Of a stretch of DNA of 64,000 nucleotides, positions 1-11,013 are shown piece by piece. Position 1 is the stretch's first letter. Each line of letters starts with the position of its first letter. Below the pieces are notes generated by a model. It was given only the letters and a program-made list of their open reading frames with translations. It searched no databases and was not told where the DNA came from. The stretch lies in NCBI RefSeq assembly GCF_009914755.1, contig NC_060926.1, one strand, 5' to 3'. A program made the translations under genes and the position numbers. Source of the stretch: the human T2T-CHM13v2.0 reference genome, Homo sapiens.

Positions 1-1409
1 CTCATGCCGGGCCAAAGCTGGACTGTACTGCTGCCATCTCGGCTCGCTGCAGCCTCCCTGCCTGATTCTCCTGCCTCAGCCTGCCGAGTGCCTGCGATTG
101 CAGGCGCGCGCCGCCACGCCTGACTGGTTTTTGTGTTTTTTTGGTGGGGACGGGGTTTCGCTGTGTTGGCCGGACTGGTCTCCAGCTCCTAGCCGCGAGT
201 GATCCGCCAGCCTCGGCCTCCCGAGGTGCCGGGATTGCAGACGGAGTCTCATTCACTCAGTGCTCAATGGTGCCCAGGCTGGAGTGCAGTGGCGTGATCT
301 CGGCTCGCTACGGCCTCCACCTCCCAGCCGCCTGCCTTGGCCCCCCAAAGTGCGGAGATTGCAGCCTCTGCCCGGCCGCCACCCCGTCTGGGAAGTGAGG
401 AGCGTCTCTGCCTGGCTGCCCATCGTCTGGGATGTGAGGAGCCCCTCTGCCTGGCTGCCCAGTCTGGAAAGTGAGGAGCGTCTCTGCCCGGCCGCCATCC
501 CACCTGGGAAGTGAGGAGCGCCTCCTCCCGGCCGCCATCCCATCTAGGAAGTGAGGAGCGTCTCTGCCCGGCAGCCCATCGTCTGAGATGTGGGGAGCGC
601 CTCTGCCCCGCCGCCCCGTCCGGGAGGTGAGGGGCGCCTCTGCCCGGCGGCCCCTACTGGGAAGTGAGGAGCCCCTCTGGCCGGCCAGCCGCCCCGTCCG
701 GGAGGGAGGTGGGGGGCTCAGCCCCCCGCCGGGCCAGCCGCTCCGTCCGGGAGGGAGGTTGGGGGGGGGTCAGCGCCCCCTCCCGGCCAGCCGCCCGGTC
801 CAGGAGCTGAGGGGCGCCTCTGCCCGGCCGCCCCTACTGGGAGGTGGGGAGCCCCTCTGCCCAGCCACCACCCCGTCTGGGAGGTGTGCCCAACAGCTCA
901 TTGAGAATGGGCCATGATGACGATGGCGGTTTTCTGGAATGGAAGGGGGGGCAGGGTGGGGAAAGGATTGAGAAATCGGATGGTTGCCGTGTCTGTGTAG
1001 AAAGAAGTAGACATGGGCGACTTTTCATTTTGTTTTGTACCAAGAAAAATTCTTCTGCCTTGGGATCCTGTTGATCTATGACCTTACCCCCAACCCTGTG
1101 CTCTCTGAAACATGTGCTGTGTCCACTCAGGGTTAAATGGATTAAGGGCGGTGCAAGATGTGCTTTGTTAAACAGATGCTTGAAGGCAGCATGCTCGTTA
1201 AGAGTCATCACCACTCCCTAATCTCAAGTACCCAGGGACACAAACACTCTGCCTAGGAAAACCAGAGACCTTTGTTCACTTGTTTGTCTGCTGACCTTCC
1301 CTCCACTAGTGTCCTATGACCCTGCCAAATCCCCCTCTGTGAGAAACACCCAAGAATGATCAATAAAAAATAAAATAAAATTAAAAAAAAATCCTAAAAA
1401 AAAAAAAAA
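1..1409 (+). mobile_element. SVA retrotransposon (5' end outside window): Alu-like domain, GC-rich VNTR, SINE-R, polyA; SVA_D-derived, probably Pan-specific PtA-type
   Basis: Alu-like region ~1-360; VNTR units (gggaagtgaggagcgtctctgcccggccgcc) ~360-880; SINE-R ~880-1360 ending gagaaacacccaagaatgatcAATAAA (1362-1367); A tail to 1409. Antisense to SPRED2. Confidence 0.97.
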
Positions 1410-1949
1410 GAAAGTGAAAGATAAACCAGTGGGTGGTAATGTAACAGAGTATGAAAGGTCCATTGATAGATTTCAGATTCCACATGGTTGAGTTTTAGTG
1501 TAGTATCAAAGAAGAATATCTACAATTGTCTGAAAAGGCTATTAAAATATTTCTCCCCTTACTAACTCCCCTTCTCTGTGAGTAGCTGTATTTTCTTTAT
1601 ATACTTCAACCAAAATAATATATTACAGATTAAAAGCAGGAGCAGATACCAGAATCCAGCTATTTTCTGGTAAGCCAGATATTAATGAGATCTTCAAAAA
1701 CATAAAGCCATGCCACTCTTCTCATAATTACTTTTGTTCTGGAAAAGTTATACAGTTATTTGCCATAAAATGTCATTTATATTAACAATACTGTTTAATT
1801 AAAAGTTTTAAATTTTTTCCATTTTAATTTCTAATATGGCAAGTTATAAATAGCTGTAACTCACCAAACCAAAAGCTCTCTGAGGTCCTGAATAAAATTT
1901 TGGAGTGTAAAGGGATCCTGAGACCAAAAAAGTTTAAGAACTGTTACTG
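1410..1949 (+). mobile_element. hAT-Charlie (Charlie1-like) DNA transposon 3' fragment; the SVA abuts or is inserted into it
   Basis: atcaaagaagaatatctacaattgtctgaaaaggctattaaaata resembles the hAT C-terminal dimerisation region (IKEEYxQLSEKAIK); ends gggatcctgagaccaaaaaagtttaagaac, like the Charlie1 terminus. Confidence 0.75.
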
Positions 1950-1959
1950 TCCATAAATC

Positions 1960-2165
1960 TCTGTGTGTTTAAGTCTTTTTCTAAAGGATAGTGTTCTAGA
2001 TGTGAACTGCTAGGTAAAAAGATATGCACATTTAAAATTAAAATCCTGCCAAATTGCTTTTCAAAGAGCTTTGCCAGCTCAAATTCCCACCAAATGTTAT
2101 GTGAGAATGCTCGCTGACCTACACATGGGCAATGACTGGAATGATCAAACTCTTAGATTTTGTGA
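1960..2165 (-). mobile_element. Old L1M fragment
   Basis: ctgccaaattgcttttcaaagag...aaattcccaccaaatg...gtgagaatgc resembles the reverse complement of the L1 ORF2 3' region. Confidence 0.55.
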
Positions 2166-2694
2166 TTAGTCTCCATAAAGAGGTTTCTCATAAGATTTGT
2201 TTCAGGAGTAAACTCCTCTAATCCATCTAAAAATGAGATTCAACTCAGAAAATTTTAATTTAAATATAATTTCTCAGGCTTGACTGTCCCCAGCTTACCA
2301 AAAAATTACCTGACTACTCGTGAATGGTTGTCTGGAACAGAGACTTTTCCCACAGAAACAATGGTAGTTAACAGCCCTCAATATGTAACGAAACAAACTC
2401 CCACAATGTGCTGAATTCTAGATGTGCACTACATTGTAAAAACTGACAACACTGTTTCTATCTGAAAGAGCACTTCATGCCCTAGTTGGAATACTGGGAA
2501 CTCTGATACAATCCATCCAATATATCCTAAAAATAATCTTCATCTTTTCTTTGCCATTCCACCTTTTAGAGGGGGGTTCCTCAATAACTCACCACATTTG
2601 CAGAGCTCCCATGTGGGCGCATGGTCTCCAGTGGGCACTAGCATTGCATTAGAGAAGCTTGAGAGGCCAAAGGAAGAGTTATCATATCTCTAAG

Positions 2695-2826
2695 GAGAGA
2701 GAAAGGGGCGGGGTGGTGGGGGGGAGGGCAGTGAGAGAGAGAGAGGAAGGGAGACTGGGTACGGGCGTGTGTGTGTGTGTGTGTGCATGTGCATGAGTGT
2801 GCTGGGTATGGGTGTGAGGGGAGGGG
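2695..2826 (+). repeat. G-rich, (GA)n and (GT)n low-complexity tract with a potential G-quadruplex
   Basis: ggggcggggtggtgggggggaggg at ~2705-2728, followed by GA and GT repeats. Confidence 0.8.
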
Positions 2827-3539
2827 TTAAGTACCACTCAGTACAGAAATCCAGAATTTCCTGGAGTGTGAAACAGGCAAGGTGAGGGATGGAGAGACAG
2901 AGAAGTACAGCAGGACATATGGGTGTGTGACTTAGGTACTAGTGAATATAAAAGCCCACAAGTGTGGAGTCAAGGAATGTAAAGGGGACAGGAAAAGGGG
3001 TGGGGAAATGGAGAAACATGATGGGGGAGGGGATGAGGCACACTTTTAGGATAGTGCAATCTGTGTACACTAGCAACAAACAACAGCAGTTGGTCCACGA
3101 CTCAGCGGGGGCGGACAGAGGACTGGACTGCCCTAATATTATGCCAAGTTAGTGTGAAGGGACAGGCTTTGATTTTGCAAAGAAATGAGCTCAAACGCAG
3201 GCTCTGCTGGTGACACTGCCCACCCCATGCCAAGGACGTGGCTCACTTCTTAGAGCATTGAGTTTCCCCACTACAATGTGGAAATAGTAGTATCTTCCTC
3301 CTTCAAAATGTTGCAGGAATTTAACTGAGGTTATTTACTTAAAGGACCTGGAACAAATGGTAAAAGTTTACTATGCACTAGTAATGTCTTACCAGTGACT
3401 AGATTAGATAAGCTAAAGGGCCACTTTAGGTTGAAGTATTCTATGACAAACCATAGAAATACCAGGAAAAAGTAGCTCTAAAAACATAAGCCTTCAGACA
3501 AGATAATCTGGTAAAACACAGAATAACCCTAAAAACAAA

Positions 3540-3790
3540 AAGACCAAAGAAGTGGAAAAAAATTTCTATATATATAAAAATAAGAACTAAAAGGGCAAGC
3601 AACAGATTATAAAAATATACTTGCAGCAAATATGACAGATGGAGATTCATATCTTTATTATGCAAGAGGGCATACACATGAAGGAGAAAAATAAGGCCCT
3701 GATAAGTAAATATACAAAGGACATCAACAGATAATTAATTCACAGTTATAACTGTTTAACAAACAGAAAAACATTTTATTAATTAGCAAG
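3540..3790 (+). mobile_element. Old L1M ORF2-end fragment
   Basis: aaaatatacttgcagcaaatatgacagat...aaatatacaaaggacatcaacagataatt resembles degenerate L1 3' ORF2. Confidence 0.5.
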
Positions 3791-3799
3791 CAATAAGAT

Positions 3800-4192
3800 T
3801 TTATATGTATATTTTATATACATATATTATGTATGTATATTTTATATACGTATATTATGTATGTATATTTTGTATACGTATATTATGTATGTATATTTTG
3901 TATACGTATATTATGTATGTATATTTTGTATACGTATATTATGTATGTATATTTTGTATACGTATATTATGTATGTATATTTTGTATACGTATATTATGT
4001 ATGTATATTTTGTATACGTATATTATGTATGTATATTTTGTATACGTATATTATATGTATGTATATTTTGTATATGTATATATGTATGTATATTTTGTAT
4101 ACGTATATTATATGTATGTATATTTTGTATATATATTATATATGTATGAATATTTTGTATACGTATATTATATATGTATGTATATTTTATAT
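3800..4192. repeat. AT-rich minisatellite, 28-bp unit TATACGTATATTATGTATGTATATTTTG, about 14 copies
   Basis: Direct tandem repetition: near-perfect units ~3846-4050 and degenerate units at both edges. Confidence 0.95.
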
Positions 4193-4513
4193 CCCTCAAT
4201 GTGTTAAAGGAAATTCTAATACTGGTAGCAGCTCCTTGCACATGTATCAAAAGTCATAAAAATATGACCTCCTAAATTATTCCAAAACTATAATAAACGT
4301 GGAAAATTCACATAGGTGTATTCCTAACACTGAGGTGAGGGGAAGAACCTTAATATTTGACACTAAGGAGGTGGTCAAATAATGAAACATCAAACTGATA
4401 TCAGCAACATGGAAAATTTCATATGAGAATGTTAGGGCAATGTTGTTTCATGATAGTCTTGAAAGAGAATGTTTAAGGCAAAATAAATAAGATACACAAC
4501 TGTTTAAAAATAT

Positions 4514-4641
4514 GGCTGGGCACAGTGGCATGTGTCTGTAGTCCCAGCTACTCTGGAGGATGAGGTGGGAGGACCATTTGAAGCCCAGGAGTTGGAGGCC
4601 AGCCTGGGCAACAAAGTGAGATCCTGCCTTTTTAAAAAAAA
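4514..4641 (+). mobile_element. Alu monomer (FLAM-like)
   Basis: ggctgggcacagtggca...gaggccagcctgggcaacaaagtgagatcc followed by an A tail; single arm. Confidence 0.85.
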
Positions 4642-5548
4642 GTACAAAGTGGGAAAATTACATCAAAGGGCTAAGGGTGGTTGTTCAGTTTTGGGGTCAG
4701 AGTGACAAGAGAATCAAATACTGGTTCCAGGCCCCCAAAACAGGCCACTAAGAACAAGGAATCTTTCTGAATCATAATTTCTTCAATTACAATTATACAG
4801 GCTGCTGTAAGGATACAATGAGAGATCTAACCGAAGGGCTGGATTATACTTAGTACATGGTAAATGCTAGATAAATGGTAGTCATTTTACTTTTTATTGG
4901 TAATATAGTTACATTGCTTTTTATTGCAAAAATATTATAAACAAGAATGTTTTCATTATTTGACTATTATATAGGGTATTTCCTGAACAAATACTTCTTA
5001 AAATTAGCTGTCTTCTCCCTTTAAATTTTCAGAAATGAAATCAAATGTGAAAATAACATTTCTGTTAACCCACATGTAACATTTACAAATTGTTCTGTCT
5101 TATCTATTTTCTAAATTTTTTTAAACTATAAGAAGTGCTTGCAAAAGAAGGTTAAATTTGTACACTTAACACATAAAACCCAACAGATGCTGCTGTAAAG
5201 GGTCTCAGATGTAACACTGACATATTCTTGTGGTGTCTTTGCATTTTCTCTGTGGGATCCTGCACAATCCTGCACATTCTGAATCATCTGTTGGCTTCTG
5301 AGTATACACTCCATGATCAAATACAGATAGAAGTAGTGTTCTTCCATGTTTAGGGCCATGAATTTAAAACAGATTTTGGACATTCAATTTTCCTTCCTAT
5401 CATAGATTCCTTCATAACATAGAACTGAACATTTGAGTTCCTCCATAAGACCATATATTATGAAGTGTCAATCCCCCACCCTTGGGAGGTGATGATTACT
5501 TTCCAAAGTATTTATCTATAAGCATGGATAATAATTTATAGAAGTATG

Positions 5549-5860
5549 GGCCAGGCACGGTGGCTCATGCCTGTAATCCCAGCATTTTGGGAGGCCGAGG
5601 TGGGTGGATCACCTGAGGTCAGGAGTTCGAGACCAACCTAGCCAATATGGTGAAACTCTGTCTCTACTAAAGATACAAAAACTAGCTGGGTGTAGTGGCG
5701 CGCACCTGTAGTCCCAGCTACTCAGCAGGAGAATTGCTTGAACCTGGGAGGTGGAGGTTGCAGGGAGCCAATATCATGCCACTGCACTCCAGCCTAGGTG
5801 ACAGAGCGAGACTCCGTCTCAAAAAAAAAAAAAAAAAAAAAAAACCCAAAAAAACCCACA
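5549..5860 (+). mobile_element. AluS with a ~10-bp deletion in the right arm
   Basis: Dimer with A tail; ctactcag/caggagaa lacks gaggctgagg; aagtatg on both flanks. Confidence 0.95.
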
Positions 5861-6402
5861 AAGTATGATACCACTACTTCTTGTTACTTTCTTTTTCCAA
5901 GCATGTTTTATTCATTAGGGCATGAAATAAAAGCTAGATAAACATTTATTTATAAGTAGCCTAATGTCAGATGACATCTTGCCTTTCTGTTTTACCTGCC
6001 ACCATCCAAACCTCAATGGCATGCTCCATGAATAAACTCTACATTTTTAAAACACTGACTTCACAGCTCAGTACAATGTGATTCATAATAATAAAAGAGT
6101 ACACTTTTGTTTTGAATACCTTTTTACAATGATAGACATCTTAATCAAAGATGCAAATAAAACAGCCAAATATACTTCTAAGCATCTCGGATAAAGCGTG
6201 TGGTCAAAAGAGACTTTGCTGGAAAGGACAGTCACGTTTTACAATTTGGCACCAGCTCCGGGGTTCTAACTTTTGAAGCTTTTGCAAGAGTTTGAAGTCA
6301 GAGAAAGAAAGAAAAAAATACGTTAAGGAAAGAGGACTATGATTTAACGTAAAGAAAGCAGTTGTTACTAATTTAACCCACGAGTTGTATGTCTGCCATT
6401 AC

Positions 6403-6580
6403 CAGTTTGTCTTTCTGTCGTTCACCATGGATGAGAAAGCCGCTTCGTCCATTGCCTTCGGGGTGCATGACCTTACAGACCCCGACGCGACTGATCCCGC
6501 CTCCTTCCTGTGGGAACCATCCCCCGCTGGAGTCATCTCTGGTCATAACCACAGCCTTGACACGCACAATATAGCTGTCA
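6403..6580 (-). CDS. SPRED2: SPRED2 coding exon 2 (178 nt), N-terminal part of the EVH1 domain
   Basis: Translates DSYIVRVKAVVMTRDDSSGGWFPQEGGGISRVGVCKVMHPEGNGRSGFLIHGERQKDKL, recognised as SPRED2. Acceptor tcttcttcttgtcgttttag|T at 6581/6580; donor CTG|gtaatg at 6403/6402; phase 2 in, phase 0 out. Confidence 0.98.
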
Positions 6581-6924
6581 CTAAAACGACAAGAAGAAGA
6601 AGCACAGGGCATGACAATGGTCTGGTAGTTGCAGAACACGTTTCAAAATGCAAGATGACCACCAGCCAGCACTTTTTTTGTTTTATCGAAAGAAATCTAT
6701 GCTTGGCGGCAACCTTAAAAAGTGGTCCATCTCAACTTTTAGGGAAAAAACAAAACACTTAAACTCAATATAAAAGTACATTTTAAAAAAGATAAGTAAT
6801 TAAAAATTACTTGTGATCGAAAGATGTATACAGGCACAATATTCTCCAGTTTCTAGGTGTAAGTACTGATAAATGAATTGATTTCTGTAATTCAGTATCT
6901 TTAGGTTGGAAAGACACACACCTA

Positions 6925-7287
<363 letters not shown>

Positions 7288-8011
7288 TGAGTTGAAAATG
7301 AATGACCAAGTTTTAACATTTTATAAAGCCAAGAATCTCATTTAGCATAAAATAGGATAATCTACTTGCAAATCATAAATTCACCATGAAATCACGTATC
7401 TAGGTAGGAAAATATTTCAATTCCAATAACCCTTTACATATTTGTAGACTTCTGTTTATGATTTTATTTCTTCCAGTCTAAAACCTCAATTTCACAATAA
7501 GTTCTTCTGCACATTTGCCAAAAATCCTTTTTCTCCCCCAGAGACCAATTCTAGCTTCTTTTCATTCTTCATCACTTTTGGGGGAAATTTATTTGGATTT
7601 TTGGCAAGGCCATTACATTCTCACTTGCTGTTTTCTTTCTTTGGATAGAATTCATTTTTACTCATTCAAACATATATTTGCGTGTTGTATATGCCAGGCG
7701 TTATAACAGATTCTCAGGAAACAAAGTTGCAGAGTAACAAAGAACCCCCATTATTCCCTGGGCCTCAGGGAAGACGCCCTCACCCTGGGCACTCAGAACC
7801 TGGTCCCCACAATTGGCCAGAGACGTGGAGGCAGTCCCTGTGCCCCACAGCCCTGCTCACCTCACTCACCGCTAAAGGCAAAGCCACCAGATTTTCTATG
7901 ACCCCCTATGGCTCACCCTCCACTGCCACCCAACTGATCTCCCTTGGCCCCCCCAACCCAAGATCTACCATTCCCTTTACTTCCTCATCCCCTTCTCTGA
8001 TCATTCCTTTC

Positions 8012-8290
8012 ATTTTTTTTTTCATTGCGGTAAAATATGAATGGCATAAAATTTCCCGCTTTAACCATTTTTAAGTATACAAGTTCAGTGGCATTAATTA
8101 CACCCACACTGTTGGGCAACCATCACCCCTTTCTACCTCTAGAACTTTTCGTCATTCCAAACTGAAACTCTGTACCTATGAAAAACACTAACTCCCCCTT
8201 CTCCACTTCCTCGACCCCTCAGCCCCTGGCACCCACCATTCTACTGTCTTGTCTCTATGAATCTGATACTCTAGGTACCTCATATAAGTT
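8012..8290 (-). mobile_element. L1MB-type 3' end
   Basis: ttaaccatttttaagtatacaagttcagtggcatta...ccattctactgtc...tctatgaatctga...ctctaggtacctcatataagt. Confidence 0.8.
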
Positions 8291-8399
8291 CCTTTCCCTT
8301 TCCTAACCTAAATTAAAATGCACTCTTGGCTGGGCCTCTGTGGCCCATTCTCCCAGGGCTGCTTTCTATCTCCCCACTGCACCCTGCTGGGCCTAGATG

Positions 8400-10157
8400 T
8401 GGGTATGGTGCTTGCCACTGCTGCAGACTATTCAGCCTCCCTCCAGTGCTTCTGAAGCTCACACCCTGACCCCTCTCACAACCCTTCTTCAGTCTTCTAC
8501 AGACCTCACTTCCCTTCATTCCTTGAAGACTTCAGCAACCAGGCTCACTGACTCTCCATCTCTCCACCATGATCCCTGGCCCGATTCTTGATAATTTCAT
8601 TATTGACATGGAGGATTCCTCCAATTCCCTGGCCTCTCAGTGTCTGGGCCTGTTTCCTTCCAATGCCCTTGTCTTACAACCAACTTTAGCCATTCATGCC
8701 CAGGTCAACCGTGAATCTCGTCATTACCAATATCTGCACCACCTCCATAACTCAATTGTAAGCATCCTGCTCTCCGACCACCTCGTAAGTTTGCAGCTCT
8801 CTCCCTCCAGACTCCAATAATTCTTTACCCTGTTGGGGCCAACAATCTATTGTTCTGACCACTTTTGCCCTCCCCCAAACCCCATGTCCTCAACTGATTC
8901 TCTACTCCTCCCCTTGCTTGTTGCCATTGCCTGGCATGACCCCAGTGGAGTTAAATCCTACCATCTACCTACTCTGTAACCCCACCCAGGCTGCTGAACA
9001 TAGTGAGAGGGAAAAACCCCACTCTACTATGCTCATAGGACTAGTTTTAAAGCCATAAACACTACTCTCAAGTGAATCCTTAAGTGCCACCTGGCATCCT
9101 GCTACATTTCCCTGATCTGTCCCCCAAAGACAACTTCACATGGCCTCCTACCCCCTCACTCTCAGATGATGGATGAAGTTGCTTTAGTTTCACTGAGAAA
9201 ATAGACAAAATCACAGGAGACCTTTCGCCTGTGCCCACCACCATGCCTACGCTTTGTACCAGCACTCTCTCCGCCCTTCCTCCTGTAACTGTGGTTAAGC
9301 CATCCATGATTCAAGCTAGGGCCAACTTCCTCCACTTAAAAACCTTCTACATACCAACAGTGCCCAAATTCACATTTCCATCCAGGTCTCTTCTGTGAGA
9401 TTCAGGCCAGTAGAACCAAGGGCCTATGTGAGGTCTCTACATAGGCATCGAATACGTATCACAATCAACATGTTTCAGGTTGAACTCTCTTGGTTCCTGA
9501 CACCTCCTCATCCTTCTAGTTCTCTCTTCAAAATATATCCAGGATCCACTTTTTCCACTTCTACTGACACTGACCTGATCCAGCTGCCATCACCTTCCAT
9601 TGAGATTGCTGCAGTAGCCTTCTAACTGGCATCCTTGCTTCCACGTTTGCCCAACTTAACCCAGAAAATAGAAAGGTAAGTCAGATCACTCTACTGAAAC
9701 AAACCCTCCAGTGGTATCGCCAAGCAGAAGTCAAAATCTGGACCTTACCCTATTACTCTCCTTGCTCATTCCACTTTGGTCCCACTGGCCTCCATATTAA
9801 GCATCCTTCTACCTCAGGGCCTTTGCACTTGCTGTTTCTTCTGTTCAAATCCTACTCCTCACATACCAACTGAGTTCATTCTCTTATTTCACTTAAGTCT
9901 CTGTCCAAGGTTATTTCAGAGAGGACTTCCCTGCCCACTCTATATAAAGCAGCATAGCACCCTCCACCCCTCTTAAATCTTCTCCCCTCTGCTTTGGCTT
10001 TCTATATGCTACTAAATCAATGCTTGCTCAATAAAATATCTGCTTGCCTACCAGAATATGAATTCCACAGGAGCAGAAACTTTGCCTTTTTTGTTCACTG
10101 CTATATCCCTAGAGCCTAGAATGGTGTCTTATATGTAACAGGTTGCGGAATGAATGG
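8400..10157 (+). mobile_element. L2 (LINE-2) relic, internally deleted, running from the endonuclease region to the 3' end
   Basis: ORF 8569-8820 (ILDNFIIDMEDSSNSLASQ...LSDHL) resembles L2 AP-endonuclease motifs; typical L2 3' end cagggcctttgcacttgctg...ttgttcactgctatatccctagagcctagaa...gaatgaatg. Confidence 0.8.
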
Positions 10158-10185
10158 GGTTAAATTCACAATATAAACAGGTTTA

Positions 10186-10490
<305 letters not shown>

Positions 10491-10710
10491 TCTATGGCTA
10501 ACAGAATTCCTATAAAAACATATAGTGTTCAATACTTATTTACTTATGAACCACAATTACTAAATTGGGATCACAGTACTTTCTATTCCTAAAAATTGAA
10601 AAATCATGTAGAAGTACATATAAAAGTCATAGGACATACATGTACATATATGACTAATCCAACTATTTCAGGATTCAACATGCATATTCCCTTAGATTAA
10701 GAACCTTCTG

Positions 10711-11013
10711 GGCTGGGCGCAGTGGCTCACGCCTGTAATCCCAGCACTTCGGGAGGCTGAGGCGGCCGGATCATGAGGTCAAGAAATTAAGGCCATTCTG
10801 GCCAACATGGTGAAACCCCGTCTCTACTAAAAGTACAAAAATTAGCTGGGCGTGGAGGTGCTTTCGCCTGTAATCCCAGCTACTCAGGAGGCTGAGGCAG
10901 GAGAATTGCTTGAACCCAGGAGGTGGAGGTTGCAGTGAGCAGAGAATGCAGTGAGCAGAGATCAACCTGGCGACACAGCAAGACTCTGTCTCAAAAAAAA
11001 AAAAAAAAAAAAA
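10711..11013 (+). mobile_element. AluS (Sc-like) with a rearranged right arm
   Basis: TSD aagaa(c/t)cttctg at 10699-10710 and 11013-11024; internal duplication of tgcagtgagcagaga. Confidence 0.93.

Noticed and set aside
2-1214. Cluster of overlapping Pro/Arg/Gly-rich ORFs
   Set aside because: Products of the GC-rich SVA Alu-like, VNTR and SINE-R sequence, which is poor in stop codons.
3805-4259. Repetitive Tyr/Ile/Val-rich ORFs, and a superficially CRISPR-like 28-bp periodicity
   Set aside because: Translations of a head-to-tail minisatellite; there are no unique spacers, no cas genes, and the context is eukaryotic.
6373-6639. 88-aa ORF taken as a standalone gene
   Set aside because: Only 6403-6580 is exon. 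The MFCNYQ...CRF and VMADIQLVG ends are intron read-through beyond canonical splice sites.
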